DNA of 63,982 nucleotides, filler included, from Basidiobolus ranarum (lineage: Eukaryota): NCBI GenBank assembly GCA_040143965.1. It is 4 parts of 4 records of this genome, joined end to end, with 100 filler letters (N's around TTAATTAATTAA, not from the genome) between each part and the next. Parts side by side here need not be neighbours in the genome. Positions count along the whole stretch, not along the records: positions 1 to 16,256 come from JASJQH010000348.1; positions 16,357 to 32,606 come from JASJQH010000349.1; 2 more parts are not named here. One strand, 5' to 3'. Each line of letters begins with the position of its first letter. Within the stretch, counting starts at the first letter, position 1. A program made the position numbers and the translations under genes. This document shows, piece after piece, positions 13,589-26,691 of this stretch. The notes beneath the pieces are model-generated. The model had not been told where the DNA came from. It worked only from the letters and a program-made list of their open reading frames with translations, and ran no database searches.

Positions 13589-14944
13589 ATGGCAAAATCA
13601 CAACCTATTGCTACCAGTGGGTACAAATTTCTTCCCGACCTTGAAAGCCTAGGATATCAACCTGGAGGGTAAGTTGATGATGCGTATATAATCTTAGTAA
13701 TCTATTAGATTCTCACACACATACTTGCTCTATAGAACGTATTCTCTTATCGTTCGCCAACAACCCAAACAGGCACGTCTATGTAGTTCCAAAGAAAAAG
13801 TAGACCGTCGGCCTATCGATCCTCCACCTATTGTTCAGATCAAAGTTGATGGCTATGAAGATAACGAGTATGTATTAATACCGGTTAACTGGTGACACGA
13901 GTTCAGGGCGAGCACGACTAACCCGCACTTATTTTCTAGCGATTATCTCCAGAATCCATATTTCGTAATGTACGCGAGTCTTGTCCCAGCAAATTCTTCA
14001 GACACTGCCCAAATATCCCCCAGGAATCTCACGGGTACATTAGCTTCATCGCTTTACAAGCTGAAAGATGTTGATAACACCGGTAATTATTTAGAACATG
14101 CGTGTATTTTGTGAACTTTTATTGACGTGAATTCCATTCATATAGATGGAGGGTTCTTTGTATTCTCTGATATATCTGTTCGAATTGAGGGACAGTTTCG
14201 TTTGAAGTTCAGCCTTTTTGAGATCATTAGGTAAGTGAGATGCAGTTGACCAGAATCAAGCCTTTGTATATTAACATAATGCTTGTGTAGTCAAAGTGCC
14301 GTTCCATTAGCTACTGTATATTCCGATATTTTCACAGTGTATCCACCCAAGCTGTTCCCGGGAATGGCCGAGTCCACTTTTCTCTCAAGATCCTTTTCAG
14401 ATCAAGGAGTACGTATCCGTATTCGCAAAGAACATCGATCTAAAGTGTAAGTGATTTTCTTCGTAAGTACGTCATCCATTTTCTCAACTAATCTCATTTC
14501 AACTATAGTCGCCATAACTCAGAAGATTCAATTGAAAGCAATCCAGTGAAGCGTAAATCCATAGAAGAAGTTAGCTTCCCCGTACAGCATCGTAAAGTCT
14601 CCTCATTCCCCGAATACACTACTCAACTATCATCCAAAAGATTCCCTAACGAAGCTGGACGTAGTCTATCTATTCTAAGCTCGAATTCAGAATCAGAGTC
14701 CAAAACATCCGACAATTCGCCCACTCTTCAGGGCAGTGTTGAGGCGTTTAAACCGTTGTCTGTACCAAGAGAGATTGAGGAGATTTTTAAAGAGCGACGT
14801 TTGGAATTTTGGGCCGATCAAAGTGAAGATATTTCATGGCGAAGACCGTCTTTCACCAAAGATGAAGAACAATCGTTCAATACGCTATTTGATTCATATC
14901 TGAGGGAACGAAATATTCCCCATTTCTCGGCTACATGTCACTAG
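13589..14944 (+). CDS. Velvet-domain transcription regulator (VosA-like architecture), 6 exons
   Basis: Manual splicing gives [82 protein letters not shown] and [26 protein letters not shown], the velvet-domain signature. Only the last exon is in the ORF track. Confidence 0.92.
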
Positions 14945-16223
14945 AACATCTCAAGTTTCCTATCATTCTGTTTAAATAATTTTTGTTCCTCATTTTAGTA
15001 ATGAATATTTTGTTGGCATGTAAATAATCCACCATTTTCTCTACGCATCCTCACGTTTAATAGATATCTTCTTGGAATCATTCTTTTCCATTGCCTTGTG
15101 TACTCTCACTTTTTGCTGTAATATTTTCATATTTTCTTAGAAATATATATTCAACTATTGCATCGGTAGCCATGTTTGAGTTCCATGATTGTTGATCATC
15201 AACCCAATAGAGTAGGAATCTAACCCCTCCTCTGCTATGATACTCACCCCTCCTGTGCTATGATACTCTCTGATTGTAGTCTAGACTGGAAATTGGTCTT
15301 TGCGTCATGCCACTTCCCCTTTAATTATGTCTTACTTCGTCGAGGTCGATGCATCATCCCCTTCATCATATGCCAATATATCCAATCGAATGGAAAGACA
15401 AGTACATGAACTTGGCCAAGTAGTGAGCGATAGTATCTCTACTGTTTAAGCCACCACCCATGATGATATGTGAACCAATCCCTTGCAGACAATTTTCAGC
15501 CAGATCAGCCAAACATGGTTTGAACTCCAAAACAGTGAACAACTGGAGACGACTAGGTCATATGCCTTACTTCACTTTAATTTCACTTGCACCACGCCGT
15601 ACCGCATTATATCACACTAAACTGCATTCGAATGCATCTTTATCTTACTGAATGGAAAGGGTGGATAGAAACGAGATAACCAAATCTATCAAAACCGCGT
15701 CATTTGTTGTGGATTTCTACCGGTGGGAGGGAGAGGGGACGAGATTATCTTGGTGGGTAGATAGGTAGTAAGATGATTCGTGATCAGAGTTTTGGATTAC
15801 TTTTCATCCCATTGGTTAAAGCCATACCAAACATCCAAACAAATGAAAAGTCCGATTGTAAAGAATGCCAATAATAACCAGTTGGAAGGATACACTGAGA
15901 AGGAAAAATAAACAAGTATGTGCAGGCATAATGACGCCCTTTAAATTGAAAATAAGCTATATCAATAAAGTTGCTCATTTAACACTGGCTGTATCAAGAT
16001 TTGAGTCTTCAGATTGTGCATAATAAAGAAATAAGAATAAATTTGAAAATGTTACAATAATAGAAAGAATTGCTTTGTATTTTTTAACCACATGTTAGGA
16101 AAAGTTGAAGAAATATTTCAGTGTACTGTTGATTTGAAATAAGGATTTATACTTAGATAGAAAGATGTAGCATCAAGATTGTGCTTTTAAAAAACCATAT
16201 AAGTTATTAAAGAAATTTGGTAC

Positions 16224-16256
16224 TGTTCAAGTATTTTGGGAGCCTGTTGGAAGTGG
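16224..16256 (-). mobile_element. LTR terminus, same family, cut by contig end
   Basis: TGTTCAAGTATTTTGGGAGCCTGTTGGAAGTGG closely matches the reverse complement of 682-713. Confidence 0.75.
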
Positions 16257-16356
16257 NNNNNNNNNNNNNNNNNNNNNNNNNNNNNNNNNNNNNNNNNNNN
16301 TTAATTAATTAANNNNNNNNNNNNNNNNNNNNNNNNNNNNNNNNNNNNNNNNNNNN
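16257..16356. other. Artificial contig linker
   Basis: 44 N + TTAATTAATTAA (stops in all six frames) + 44 N. Confidence 0.97.
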
Positions 16357-17690
16357 AAAATCTTTGAACAATACTGGGATGCACCGTCAGCTTAAAAATA
16401 CCTACTTGGGGCCAACTACTTTCTCTTACTCAGTTTACATTCAATGATATATGCAGCTCTTATCTAGAGCAAGCTCTGTCCCTTACTAATTATAAATTCT
16501 ACCACCAAGTGTGACCAAATAATGACTATTAAATAATAGTTGGACTCGATTGAGAGCAGCTTGTAAGTATTTACAGAGTTCTAAACATCAGCTTTAGTGA
16601 GGGACATTACTGAATATGAATGGGATAGTCAACCTTAGATTAGATAGTTAGTTAGCCTACGTATCTGTGAAATGAATCTGGAAAATTTGAGGGGAATATT
16701 TTTGGTTGTTGAGCCTAAATAATGTCTTGAACATTCTTAAAGATGAATGAAAATCGTGGCTTAAATTCATTTCCACAATTCTTAGCAAGTATTAGAAAAT
16801 ATTTTGAACAACTTCGGTTTAACGTAAATAGTTGGTCTCCTTTCAATCCTTACCAAACATATAAGTTACGTGACTAAATTTCAATATTAAATCAATGCCA
16901 GTGGCGTAAAAAGTAATCAAAAACTCCTGATATCGACTGACTTAGATAATATAAAGACGAAATCTCCGATAGTTTCTTACACTTCTTTTACTTGTTAAGA
17001 CACGTAAATTTATTTGAAGTTGTATCAGTCGTCACGTCAACTAACCACGAGCCATTACCGAATATGAACTCTTGGGCGCGTTTGAAGTTCAGAAATGAAT
17101 TTCCATTGAAATGGAATATTCCGAATAAAGATGACAACAAGAATATGGAAACAGTTTGAAATTATGAAACATACAAGACTTATTAGTGAATTATGAAGAA
17201 AACATTATGCTATGTTCAATTCTGACTGTTATTTTTTACTCTTCTAATTATAGCCCAAGTTTTATCCGATATTGATGGTATTGATTCTTACTGAACTAGG
17301 TTAGGATACTTAAGGTATTAGTCCATGATTAGTTTTAGGTATAAAATGTGTATCAAACCATCGATCATGATACGATCGGTATCCAATTACCAAATTCAGG
17401 TTCTAACTGAAACCTCATTTAACGATCTCAGATAATTGATTAAATAGGATGGGACTCAATTGAATCATTCTTATCTTAATTTTATCCAATATCAACAAAT
17501 CCAATTCCCTATACTTGGTAGATTGGTTTTAGATTAAGTAGAGCTTAGATTTCCCGATACCAACTGATACATACTAGAGTTGAGCTCATATCTATTAATA
17601 GATTCGATATAAATGTGAAACAAATTTATGCATGACAAGTGAGTTTATTATAAAGTTTATACAAATTTCTATTAATAATACATAGAGGAA

Positions 17691-18254
17691 CTAATTTTGG
17701 GAGGAGTGATAGCATGACATCTGATAATCTTTAAGAGATAAACCACATTTCTCGTAAAATGCAATGTTATTTTGGTTGGTATTAAGAATCACTTTGTAGC
17801 AATTCAATTTCTCACTAAGATATTTGAGTTGTTCGATCATACGAACTCCCAATTTCTTTCCTCTTTGTGAATCATCGATAACGATATCTTCTATATGGGA
17901 GGATTTAGCACATCCACGGATGAATTTGTATTCTACAAGGAGGGTTCCGCAACCAACAATACGCTCTGTGGTTGAATCTTCAATGACCACCACGTAGTAA
18001 TTCTGGGTTTGACGCATGGCTTCGAATGTATCGAGGAATGTATCTTCAGAGATTTCCCCTACGGAGGTCAATTGAGCAAGGCATTCAAAGAATCCATTGT
18101 TAAAGTCGGTTTTAGCCAATGGTCTCATGAGTAGTCCATCCGGAAGTGTAGCCTGAATCTCTGGGGAGAGTAAATCATAGGAGAAGAGATACTTGGAAGA
18201 TGTCTTAGAGGCAGGAGCAATGGAGGTCTCGAGGTTGACGCTATGGATAGGCAT
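17691..18254 (-). CDS. GNA1: Glucosamine-6-phosphate N-acetyltransferase (GNAT)
   Basis: RPLAKTDFNNGFFECLAQLTSVG, TLLVEYKFIRG, HIEDIVID..QRGKKLG, CYKVIL, FYEKCG. Intronless. Confidence 0.95.
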   Translation of the reverse strand: MPIHSVNLETSIAPASKTSSKYLFSYDLLSPEIQATLPDGLLMRPLAKTDFNNGFFECLAQLTSVGEISEDTFLDTFEAMRQTQNYYVVVIEDSTTERIVGCGTLLVEYKFIRGCAKSSHIEDIVIDDSQRGKKLGVRMIEQLKYLSEKLNCYKVILNTNQNNIAFYEKCGLSLKDYQMSCYHSSQN

Positions 18255-19431
18255 ATTGATAAATGGATGTTGTAATGAATATTCGAGGGATGAAGGATGA
18301 TTGTTCGTTTATATAGAAGATAGAGCTGGTCACATATGTATCAGTTGGCGAAGGGCGTTCTGATCATGGGCACGAAATAATTAAGGCATGTCCAATTATG
18401 TTGTATATCAAGTAACCGTGACGCGTGGTACTCTTATCGTCTGAGAGCATATTTGTTGTTTCATGCCTATCCATATTTGGAAGGGTGTCTCAGAATTCCT
18501 AATCTCCGGTCTATCTGGTAGAACATCTGGATAAATTCATTATACTATCTATGAATAATCCAGGAAGCGACCTCGATGTCTCACTAATCTTTGATTCAAG
18601 ATTCGAATTGATCACAGTACTGATGCTGTGACACTTGATTAAGCTGAAGCGTTGATTACCATAACCATTGCCAATAATAGATAATCTCGCCAGAGAAACA
18701 TAATCAGCCCATCGCTAATTAAAATCTTCAAATTTTAAGTGCCGGGCTCTTGAATCTTGCCTATGTTTCGTGTGACATGGTGGAAATTAAAAGAAAAATA
18801 TAGGCGCAACTAGTAATATAAATAGCAGCATTTACAGTGATTTTACATCTCAGAATTCCCAACACAGACTTCTACTAAGGGTACATATGAGAATCCTATT
18901 GTATATTCCGACATATCACCGAAGTGAATTTCTTCAGCAACTACTATCAAACATGATCTCTCAAATCGAAATGAATTCTAATCCTAATATCAACACTTTA
19001 TCAAGAGGACAGTAGTAATGGATATTTAGAACCCTAAATAGCATTAATATATGAAGAACAATGGGGATATTGGCACTGCTGGTAAGCCATCAAATACTTA
19101 TGAAATTAGATAGTGCTTTTATCTTCATAGTCATTTACTTTCTTTTTCTACATTTTTTTACATTAGATGGAAACAATTTAATGGAGTGGATAGTTGCCAT
19201 ATGCATGCATAATTATCATTGCAGATATAGTAATTTTGTTTAGAAGAAATTCATATCTAACCAAATCATTGAGAGCATAAAAGAGAAATGATAGTCATAT
19301 TTGAGAAGTATTAAGATTTTAATTGGATGTTCATATACTGTCAAAATTTAAGTGAAGAATAATGCTTAGAATAAACAACGATAACATACATTTATAACAT
19401 TCAAGACAAGAAGGGAATAGCCCTATTCAAG

Positions 19432-21607
19432 TTAAGCGTCCATGTTATCAACTGGCACTGGTTTGATTTTATCTCCGGGTTTAAAGCCAAAGAGTTTTCC
19501 AAAGAACCATAGTTGCGCTTCAGTAGAGCGGATGATGTTTTTGGCAACGTGAAGTCCATGTTGATCGTTCTCAAATGTGACATATGCCACAGGTACTTTA
19601 CTATTTCGTAAAGCGTTAACCATGATCTCCGCTTGCTTTGCGGGTACAATTTGATCGTTTAACCCTTGGAAAAAGATACAGGGACTCGTGATTTGATCGG
19701 CATGGTGAAGTGGGGATCTTTTTTGATAAACTGCCCTTGCCTCAGGGTATGGACCAAGAAGACCATCTTAATAAAGAAACATGTTAATTTGTGATATGAT
19801 GAATCCTAAAGATAGTACAATAGACTATTACCAAGATATTTGGCTTCAAACTTGTGGATGCCTAAAACCAACATCTCGAGGTCGGAAACTCCGGAGTAAC
19901 TGGCACCAGCTTTAAAAACGTTAGGGCGAAATACAAGACAGCATAGTGTAGTATATCCTCCAGCGAATCCACCGGTTATAGATAGTCGCTTGGGGTCTAC
20001 AGATCCTCTATCGACCAAATATTTCGCAGCATTACAGCAATCATCGACGTCAACAATTCCCCAACTGCCCTTCAATCGATTTCTAAACTCTCGGCCATAC
20101 CCAGTACTTCCGCCATAATTCACATCCACCACAGCAAATCCACGTGAAGTCCAATACAGAATCTTCAAGTTGAAGTAGCTGAATGTTTGTGATGTAGGAC
20201 CACTGTGGGACATGGTGAGAAGTGGAGGTTTTTGATCATCTGGGCCTTTGAATTTATCGTTTTTAGGAGGATAGTAGTACCCGTATGCTACTTGGCCATT
20301 CTCAGTAGGGAAGGTAATGGATTCTGGAATAGAAATGACCGACTCTGGGATATGAACTCTGCCCGTCTCGATGATAGTTTTGATGACTTTTTCGGCCTGA
20401 ACATCATACAATACCAAACTCAGCTCATGGTAAGGATTACCGGCGGTAAAAATTAAGATGTCATGGTTACTCTCTGGATGTTTTAGAGCTCTGACGTTGG
20501 ATATGATGGTGAAAGGAGTGGGTAGTTCCTTCAAGGTTCTTTCCTTTGTATCGATGATTCCTATGTGGAAAGTTCCCTCTACTGCATATGCAGCAGCAAT
20601 TTTAGTAGGGTCTGAACAAAGTATGGAGAAAGTGGAACGATTAAATAGCCATTCAGGAACAGAAAACTCTGCTTTCATGGGTTTCTCTAGTACCAACTCG
20701 GGGATATTTTGTTCTTTATCGTAGTGGTAAAGGTTCCAATATCCAGTTCGATCGCAAGCAAAGTATAAAGACCCATCATTATTAAATCTTGGTTGACCAA
20801 TACTTTCAGGAAGAACATTATGACCCGCGATTTCTTTATTCTCCAACAAAGTTACCTCGTCGTCAGAATCAATGGCCAATATACCAGTACAAAGTCGAGT
20901 ACTATCCCAGGGCATAAATGGTAGATTCCAGGTGATGTAAGCTAACTGTGTAGGATCAGCAGGATTTACTCTTGGTGAAGAATAAAAATCATGGCCTTGA
21001 GTTAAAACTGTAACGTTGAAGACATCTTCAGGTAGGTCAAGTCTAACAACAACCAAAGTGTTGATAACATCTTCACGACCTTCGCCAAGAGGCTTGTGTT
21101 CCTCTCTGACACAAATTAAAAATTTTCCTGATTCATGGATAGTTGGGTCAGCGTATCGATATGAAGCGTCATCAGGAGTAACTGGAATGATCTTCTCCGG
21201 TTCGTTAAGATCTATTTTGTATAAGCGAAAATCGAGGTCGTTGGAGAAGACGACGACGTCTTCTTTCACATTAAAACTTCCACCACCATATTCATGAACA
21301 CCTATATTAAGTAAAAGATGAAAAAAACCCTTAGAATAAGGTCAAATCCTTTGAGAAGAAAAAACGTACGAGTTCTAGGGCTAAACGGATAAGGCGTAAG
21401 TTCCACAGCATTCTCATCTAAGTTCTCTTCAAGTCGCTTTAAAAGTAAAACCGCGCGTCCACCTTCTTCTGGTCGCCCCTCTACCCAAAAAACAGTATTG
21501 GTAGCTGGTTCCACGTGGACATCATAAATGGCTACTGATGAAGAAGCAAGGAGGGTTGCAGAAATAGGACTCTCCCAAGAACCATAGTCACATTCTTCGG
21601 CACTCAT
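19432..21607 (-). CDS. Peptidase family S9 (prolyl oligopeptidase/acylaminoacyl peptidase-like), 3 exons, nucleophile Ser replaced by Phe
   Basis: YGSWESPISA N-terminus, RVHEYGGG, VDVNYGGSTGYGREFR, WGIVDVDDC, QGLNDQIVP and C-terminal His motif. Nucleophile elbow reads GGFAGG. Introns about 21302-21370 and 19769-19831. Confidence 0.9.
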
Positions 21608-22291
21608 GATTATTAGTATGTAGAGAAAAGGACCTCCTTAAAACTCAAGTACTATTAGCCTATTAAAAGAAGGAAAACGATAAGCTTCGTACCGAAGTGC
21701 AAACCTAAAATTCAAAATCAATGGTCATTAGAATACCGAATTGAAATTTATTGGAATTCCCAGTATTCACGATTTTTTCGAAAGAGCTATATGCCCATTC
21801 ATGAATGTCTCACTCTTATGATCCTCTGTAAAATATAATCATCATTCAGAAAACCCCACCTAACTTAACCCTACTTACATAAATGCATGGAATAGTCATA
21901 GTGTTACGTGGTTGGAGGATGACACTAGGGCCAAATCCTTTTTTTGGCGAGCTGATCGGCTAGACAATGGTCGGGAAAACGGATAGGCAATATGGACAAT
22001 ATATTTAGTAAGCATTCAATGTGCCGATCGAAATGGGGAATTTCTCGGCATATGCAAAATTGCTGACATCAATAGACTGAGGTGAATGGAAGTCAACAGA
22101 TAGTCCATAAAATACTATTTTGCTTCCCTTTTTGCTTCACCTTTTGTAATAATTTGTATATCACTTCGATTTTATGATATTTAGTTTAAACTTTCATTCA
22201 TACCGCAACTTTCGCCTTCCTTCACTTTTTAACGATTACATTTTTTAACTTGTCAAATTCGAGCATTTCGTATCATTATCTTTCTAAATAA

Positions 22292-24405
22292 ATGGGGAAA
22301 GGAAAACGCGCTCTACAGAGTCTCTTTTCAACCACTTCGCTATTGGAGCGATATGACCCTTCTAAAGATATCGACCAAGAAGCCATTTTAACACCACCTT
22401 TATCTTCCGCTGCCCACTCACTTTCACCACTTTTAAAGGAGACGGATAACGATTCTCCCTTGGTAAGGGATCATTTGGTTTCAGCACGGAATCCACCCAA
22501 AACAGTCAAGAGTCGCCCAGAGGAATTAGAGGACGTACCACTGTCGATGTTGATTACCACCTATTTTGGTTACATTGTACTCATTCTCTTTGGCCATATA
22601 AGCGACTTTTTTGGAAAACTTCTTAGAAGTTCGGAATATGTACCTTTCAGCTTTATTGATGTATGAACATATCTACATGTACGCACTTGACCGTATAGAG
22701 CTGTTTCACTGATTCACTGACTTTCTCTTTAGGGTTACGCACCTATGCTCTCAAATTTCGAGAGTTTTTATAGGCGTAGACTTTATCGTCGAATTAGTGA
22801 CTGTTTCAATAGACCTGTTACGGGCATACCAGGGAGGTTCATAACTCTCTTGGATAGAGGAAGCATCGATTTTAACCGTACTTTCAGGTATGTAGTAGTT
22901 GTATTTATGGGATTCTCATTGAGTTCCTACTGATAGCAATTAATTGAATAGATATACTGGGCGTACCACCACTCTACTAAATTTAGGATCTTACAATTAC
23001 CTTGGTTTCTCTCAAAATGAAGGACCTTGTGCAGATTCGGTTAAGCAAAGTTTATTGAGTTATGGTCTAAGCACAAATGGCAGTCGCTTTGAGGGTGGTA
23101 CGTGTTTGATTTCGCGTTAACTGTAGTGATCTCACTGTAAACCAACTCTTAATCAATTATTTAGGATCTCATGAACTGCATACCAATGCTGAAGAATTAA
23201 TCGCCCGATTTGTGGGAAGAGAAGCGGCTATGATTGTTGCCACTGAATTTGCCGCCAATTCAACCACCTTGCCTGCTTTGGTTTCCAAGGTATATATTAG
23301 CCAACCTACCTCTCTCTCATGTATGCTCATGTATGCGGTGATCATTGGGATATACTTAGTCATTTTCATTATCAATCTAGAACTGCCTGGTAATATCTGA
23401 TGAGTACAATCACCCATCACTTATCGATGGTGCTCGAATCTCTGGAGCAGCCAGTCGTGTCTTCAAACACAATAGTACGTTCTCTCACCTAAGTTTCTTT
23501 TGATTAAGCACATCCTGAAATAACCCATGTTGCCATAGGTGTTGATAGCCTGGAGCAGGTACTTCGTCAAGCGATATCTCAAGGTCAACCACGCACTCAT
23601 CGTCCGTGGAAAAAAATCTTGGTGGTGGTTGAGGGACTTTATGCAAATGAAGGAACCATCCTACGTTTACCAGAAATCTTAGAATTAAAACGTAGATACC
23701 GATTCTATCTCTACATCGATGAAGCACATTCTATCGGCTCACTTGGTCCCTGTGGTAGAGGAATATGTGATTATTGGGGGATTTCACCTTCCGAAGTAGA
23801 TATAATGATGGGATCATTCTCTAAATCATTTAGTGCAGCAGGTGGTTATGTTGCTGGCTCTCGGGCAATAATTGATCATCTGCGTCTTCAGTGTTATTCT
23901 TCAATTTATGGGGAATCTTTGCCCATTCCTGTGCTTCAACAGATTATTTCTAGCGTTAAAATTATCCTTGGTGAAGAGGGTACCAATGATGGTATTAGAA
24001 GAATAGAAACACTGGCATTTAATGCTCGATATTTTTCTTCAAGACTACGAGAGATGGGATTTATAATTTATGGAGATATCGATTCACCTATAATTCCCTT
24101 AGTATTATTCAACCCAGCCAACATTCCGTAAGTAACCTTTATCAAAACCTTCTCTTCTACTTGACTAACCCATTTACAATCGAATTATCAGCTCTTTTTC
24201 GCGTGAATGTCTATCTAGAGGAATAGCTGTCAATGTAGTTGCTTATCCAAATGTCCCACTAGTAAGTGGAAGAGCCAAATTCTGTATTTCTGCAGCCCAT
24301 ACCAAGGAGGACTTGGATTGGGCACTCGATCATATCAGTGAGATAGGTGACCTATTAGGGCTCAAATTGTGTAAATGTCCAACCCCAACCCCGACTCGTG
24401 ATTAA
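22292..24405 (+). CDS. LCB2: Serine palmitoyltransferase LCB2-like subunit (divergent), multi-exon
   Basis: [59 protein letters not shown] and the PLP-lysine motif GSFSKSF. Confidence 0.9.
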
Positions 24406-24708
24406 GCATCATGATTATATATGTGTATTATTTTAACTCGATACTTTTATTTCTCAATTACTTTCATATCATCATATGCACATCAGTCTACTCACATTTC
24501 TTTAGCAAAGAATAAGATTAACTTTACTGTCAAAGTTCATATATAAGAAATAAAATTCACCGAAAATTTATTGGTCAAAGAGATTTCACGAAGGCGAATA
24601 CAATTCAAATAAATAAAGAACATGGAAACCCCCATGAAAATGATGATTCCATCATCAGAGTGGTATACAGCAATATATATATATATATATCGTCAAACTC
24701 TTCTTCAT

Positions 24709-26091
24709 TTAAAGGATTGCCGATTCTTCTTTGGAATTCATCCATTTCATTGCCATCTCATAAGCCCACAATGTGGCGGCATTCGCAGGGAAAGCACGAG
24801 CCATGGTAGGTCCGAAACCACGGAAGAAAGCACGGGAACCTGATTCAGCGTTCAATTTTACAGCACAATCCAAGAAATTCTTGTATCTTTTGAAAAGAAA
24901 AAAGGAACTATTAGTACCATAATCTAAATATATATTAAAAACGAAAGAATACTCTACGTTCTATCATTTTGCATACGACTTTTTATCACATCTTGTGGGT
25001 AACAAACGGTCCAACATCCAATACCAGCAATACCACCAGCAAGTAATAGTTCAAACCCATTCAATTCACGACCTGCGGCAAAACTATTGGAAAAACTTGC
25101 TTTGAGCGCTTCGTAAATACCTAATATATCCATTGTTAGACATGTTGGATGAATTCATAGTTACGTGCGTATATATCTAAACTAATTTACCAAAGTAAGC
25201 AGCAAAGCTTGGTATATCACGGAGAATGGTGATGCTAATACCACGATATAACCCTCTGACACCATGCTCAGAGAAAGTCCGTACACCACAATCAAATACA
25301 CCTGAATACTAATTTTAACATGGTTAGAAAATTTCGGTTTCAAGAAAATATCCATCTTAATATAAAAAATCTTACAGGCTTAGCGGCTCCTACAACTCCA
25401 GATGCAACCGCATTACTTTGTACTTGAAGTTTAACCTTCAAAAGTTCTACTGGACAATTAATAAACGACATCACTGAACCCGCCATACCACCGGCAACGG
25501 TAATTTGACCTACATCGAAGTCAATCAATATAAGTATCCTTTTCATTATCATGAAAGTTTTAAAATTCTTTAAAGTATAATGGCCTTACGTATAGTCAAA
25601 GGTTTATCGTCCCCACCCCGAAGCATTCTACGGAAGTATCCATTGGCGCTAAATACCACTGCGTTGCTAAAAAAATTATGACTTGTTAGAGTCGAGAAAC
25701 CATATGATTCAAAGAAAACTCGCTTTTACCAAAAACCAATACCAGCTAGTGGCGAAGTTACTCCTCGGTAGAGTCCAGCTAACTAAAATACGTAAAGTTT
25801 TTAAGTTAGGTAAAATATCTTCAAGGATAAAAATGCGATACATGTTGTACTTACTCCTTCCTCTTTCAAAGTAACTCGAAAACAATCCATACCACTGGCA
25901 TATTTAGGAGGAACACCTTGAGTTTGAAGACGAACCTATGTGTAAACGTAAGTCAACCTCAGTGTATAAACCTCAAATCAAGAATGTAGATTATTTACTT
26001 TGAGAGTATCAAAAGGGTGCCCGGCTACAACTTGGGCCCAACCTCCAATAGTACCAGCAATGAAATCTTTGGCTGAATCAGGAATGGACAT
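24709..26091 (-). CDS. Mitochondrial carrier family protein (carnitine/acylcarnitine or ornithine carrier-like), multi-exon
   Basis: [77 protein letters not shown]: three PxD/ExxKxR-type signatures. Probable 5'-UTR intron 26093-26180. Confidence 0.92.
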
Positions 26092-26691
26092 ACTAGCATC
26101 AATATAAATTGAGGTTCAAAGAAAAAAAGAGATTAAGTTAGAGCTAGCTCAAAGACTTATTTCCTAAAAATTCAATGTACCTCTGTTTTCGAGTGAAGAG
26201 AAATACCAACGCTGCCGTTACTTCAACAAGAGGTTTGCGGGAAAATGATGTTTTTCATGAATATTCAAATGTCCAGATTGTAGAGGTTTACCCCAGATTG
26301 GTATCAAAATCATGAATACGGAACTCACGTGAGAAAAAAATAACACCACTTGGCAAATAATGGCATAGCATACATTCCATTTATAGTAAGTATCTGGTTA
26401 GGATGTTATATCTAGACCTAAAGGAGGATTTATCGATCTTTATCCGTCAGATGGATTGTATATATGGATAATATAATAATAATGCGATTCTTGTATACAA
26501 TTGGCTAGATTGATGGGCTCATATTTAGGAATTTTATTTAAATTTGTACAAGAAAGTGAAATGTTGTCTAACTTGGTCAAGCAAATTAAATAGTTAAGTA
26601 TTAAAATAATGTAAGTGTTAAATTGGAAGGGGAAAACTATATATGAAGGAAAAATGGATGCATGCGAAATTAAATTAACTTATAAATCTCT

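Noticed and set aside
15223-15268. 23-bp tandem duplication (similar short duplications near 9269-9301, 30208-30257, 30333-30360 and 46911-46959)
   Set aside because: Two- to three-copy slippage-type duplications in intergenic DNA with no further structure.
16301-16312. TTAATTAATTAA palindrome recurring every ~16.35 kb
   Set aside because: Artificial six-frame-stop linker inside N runs.
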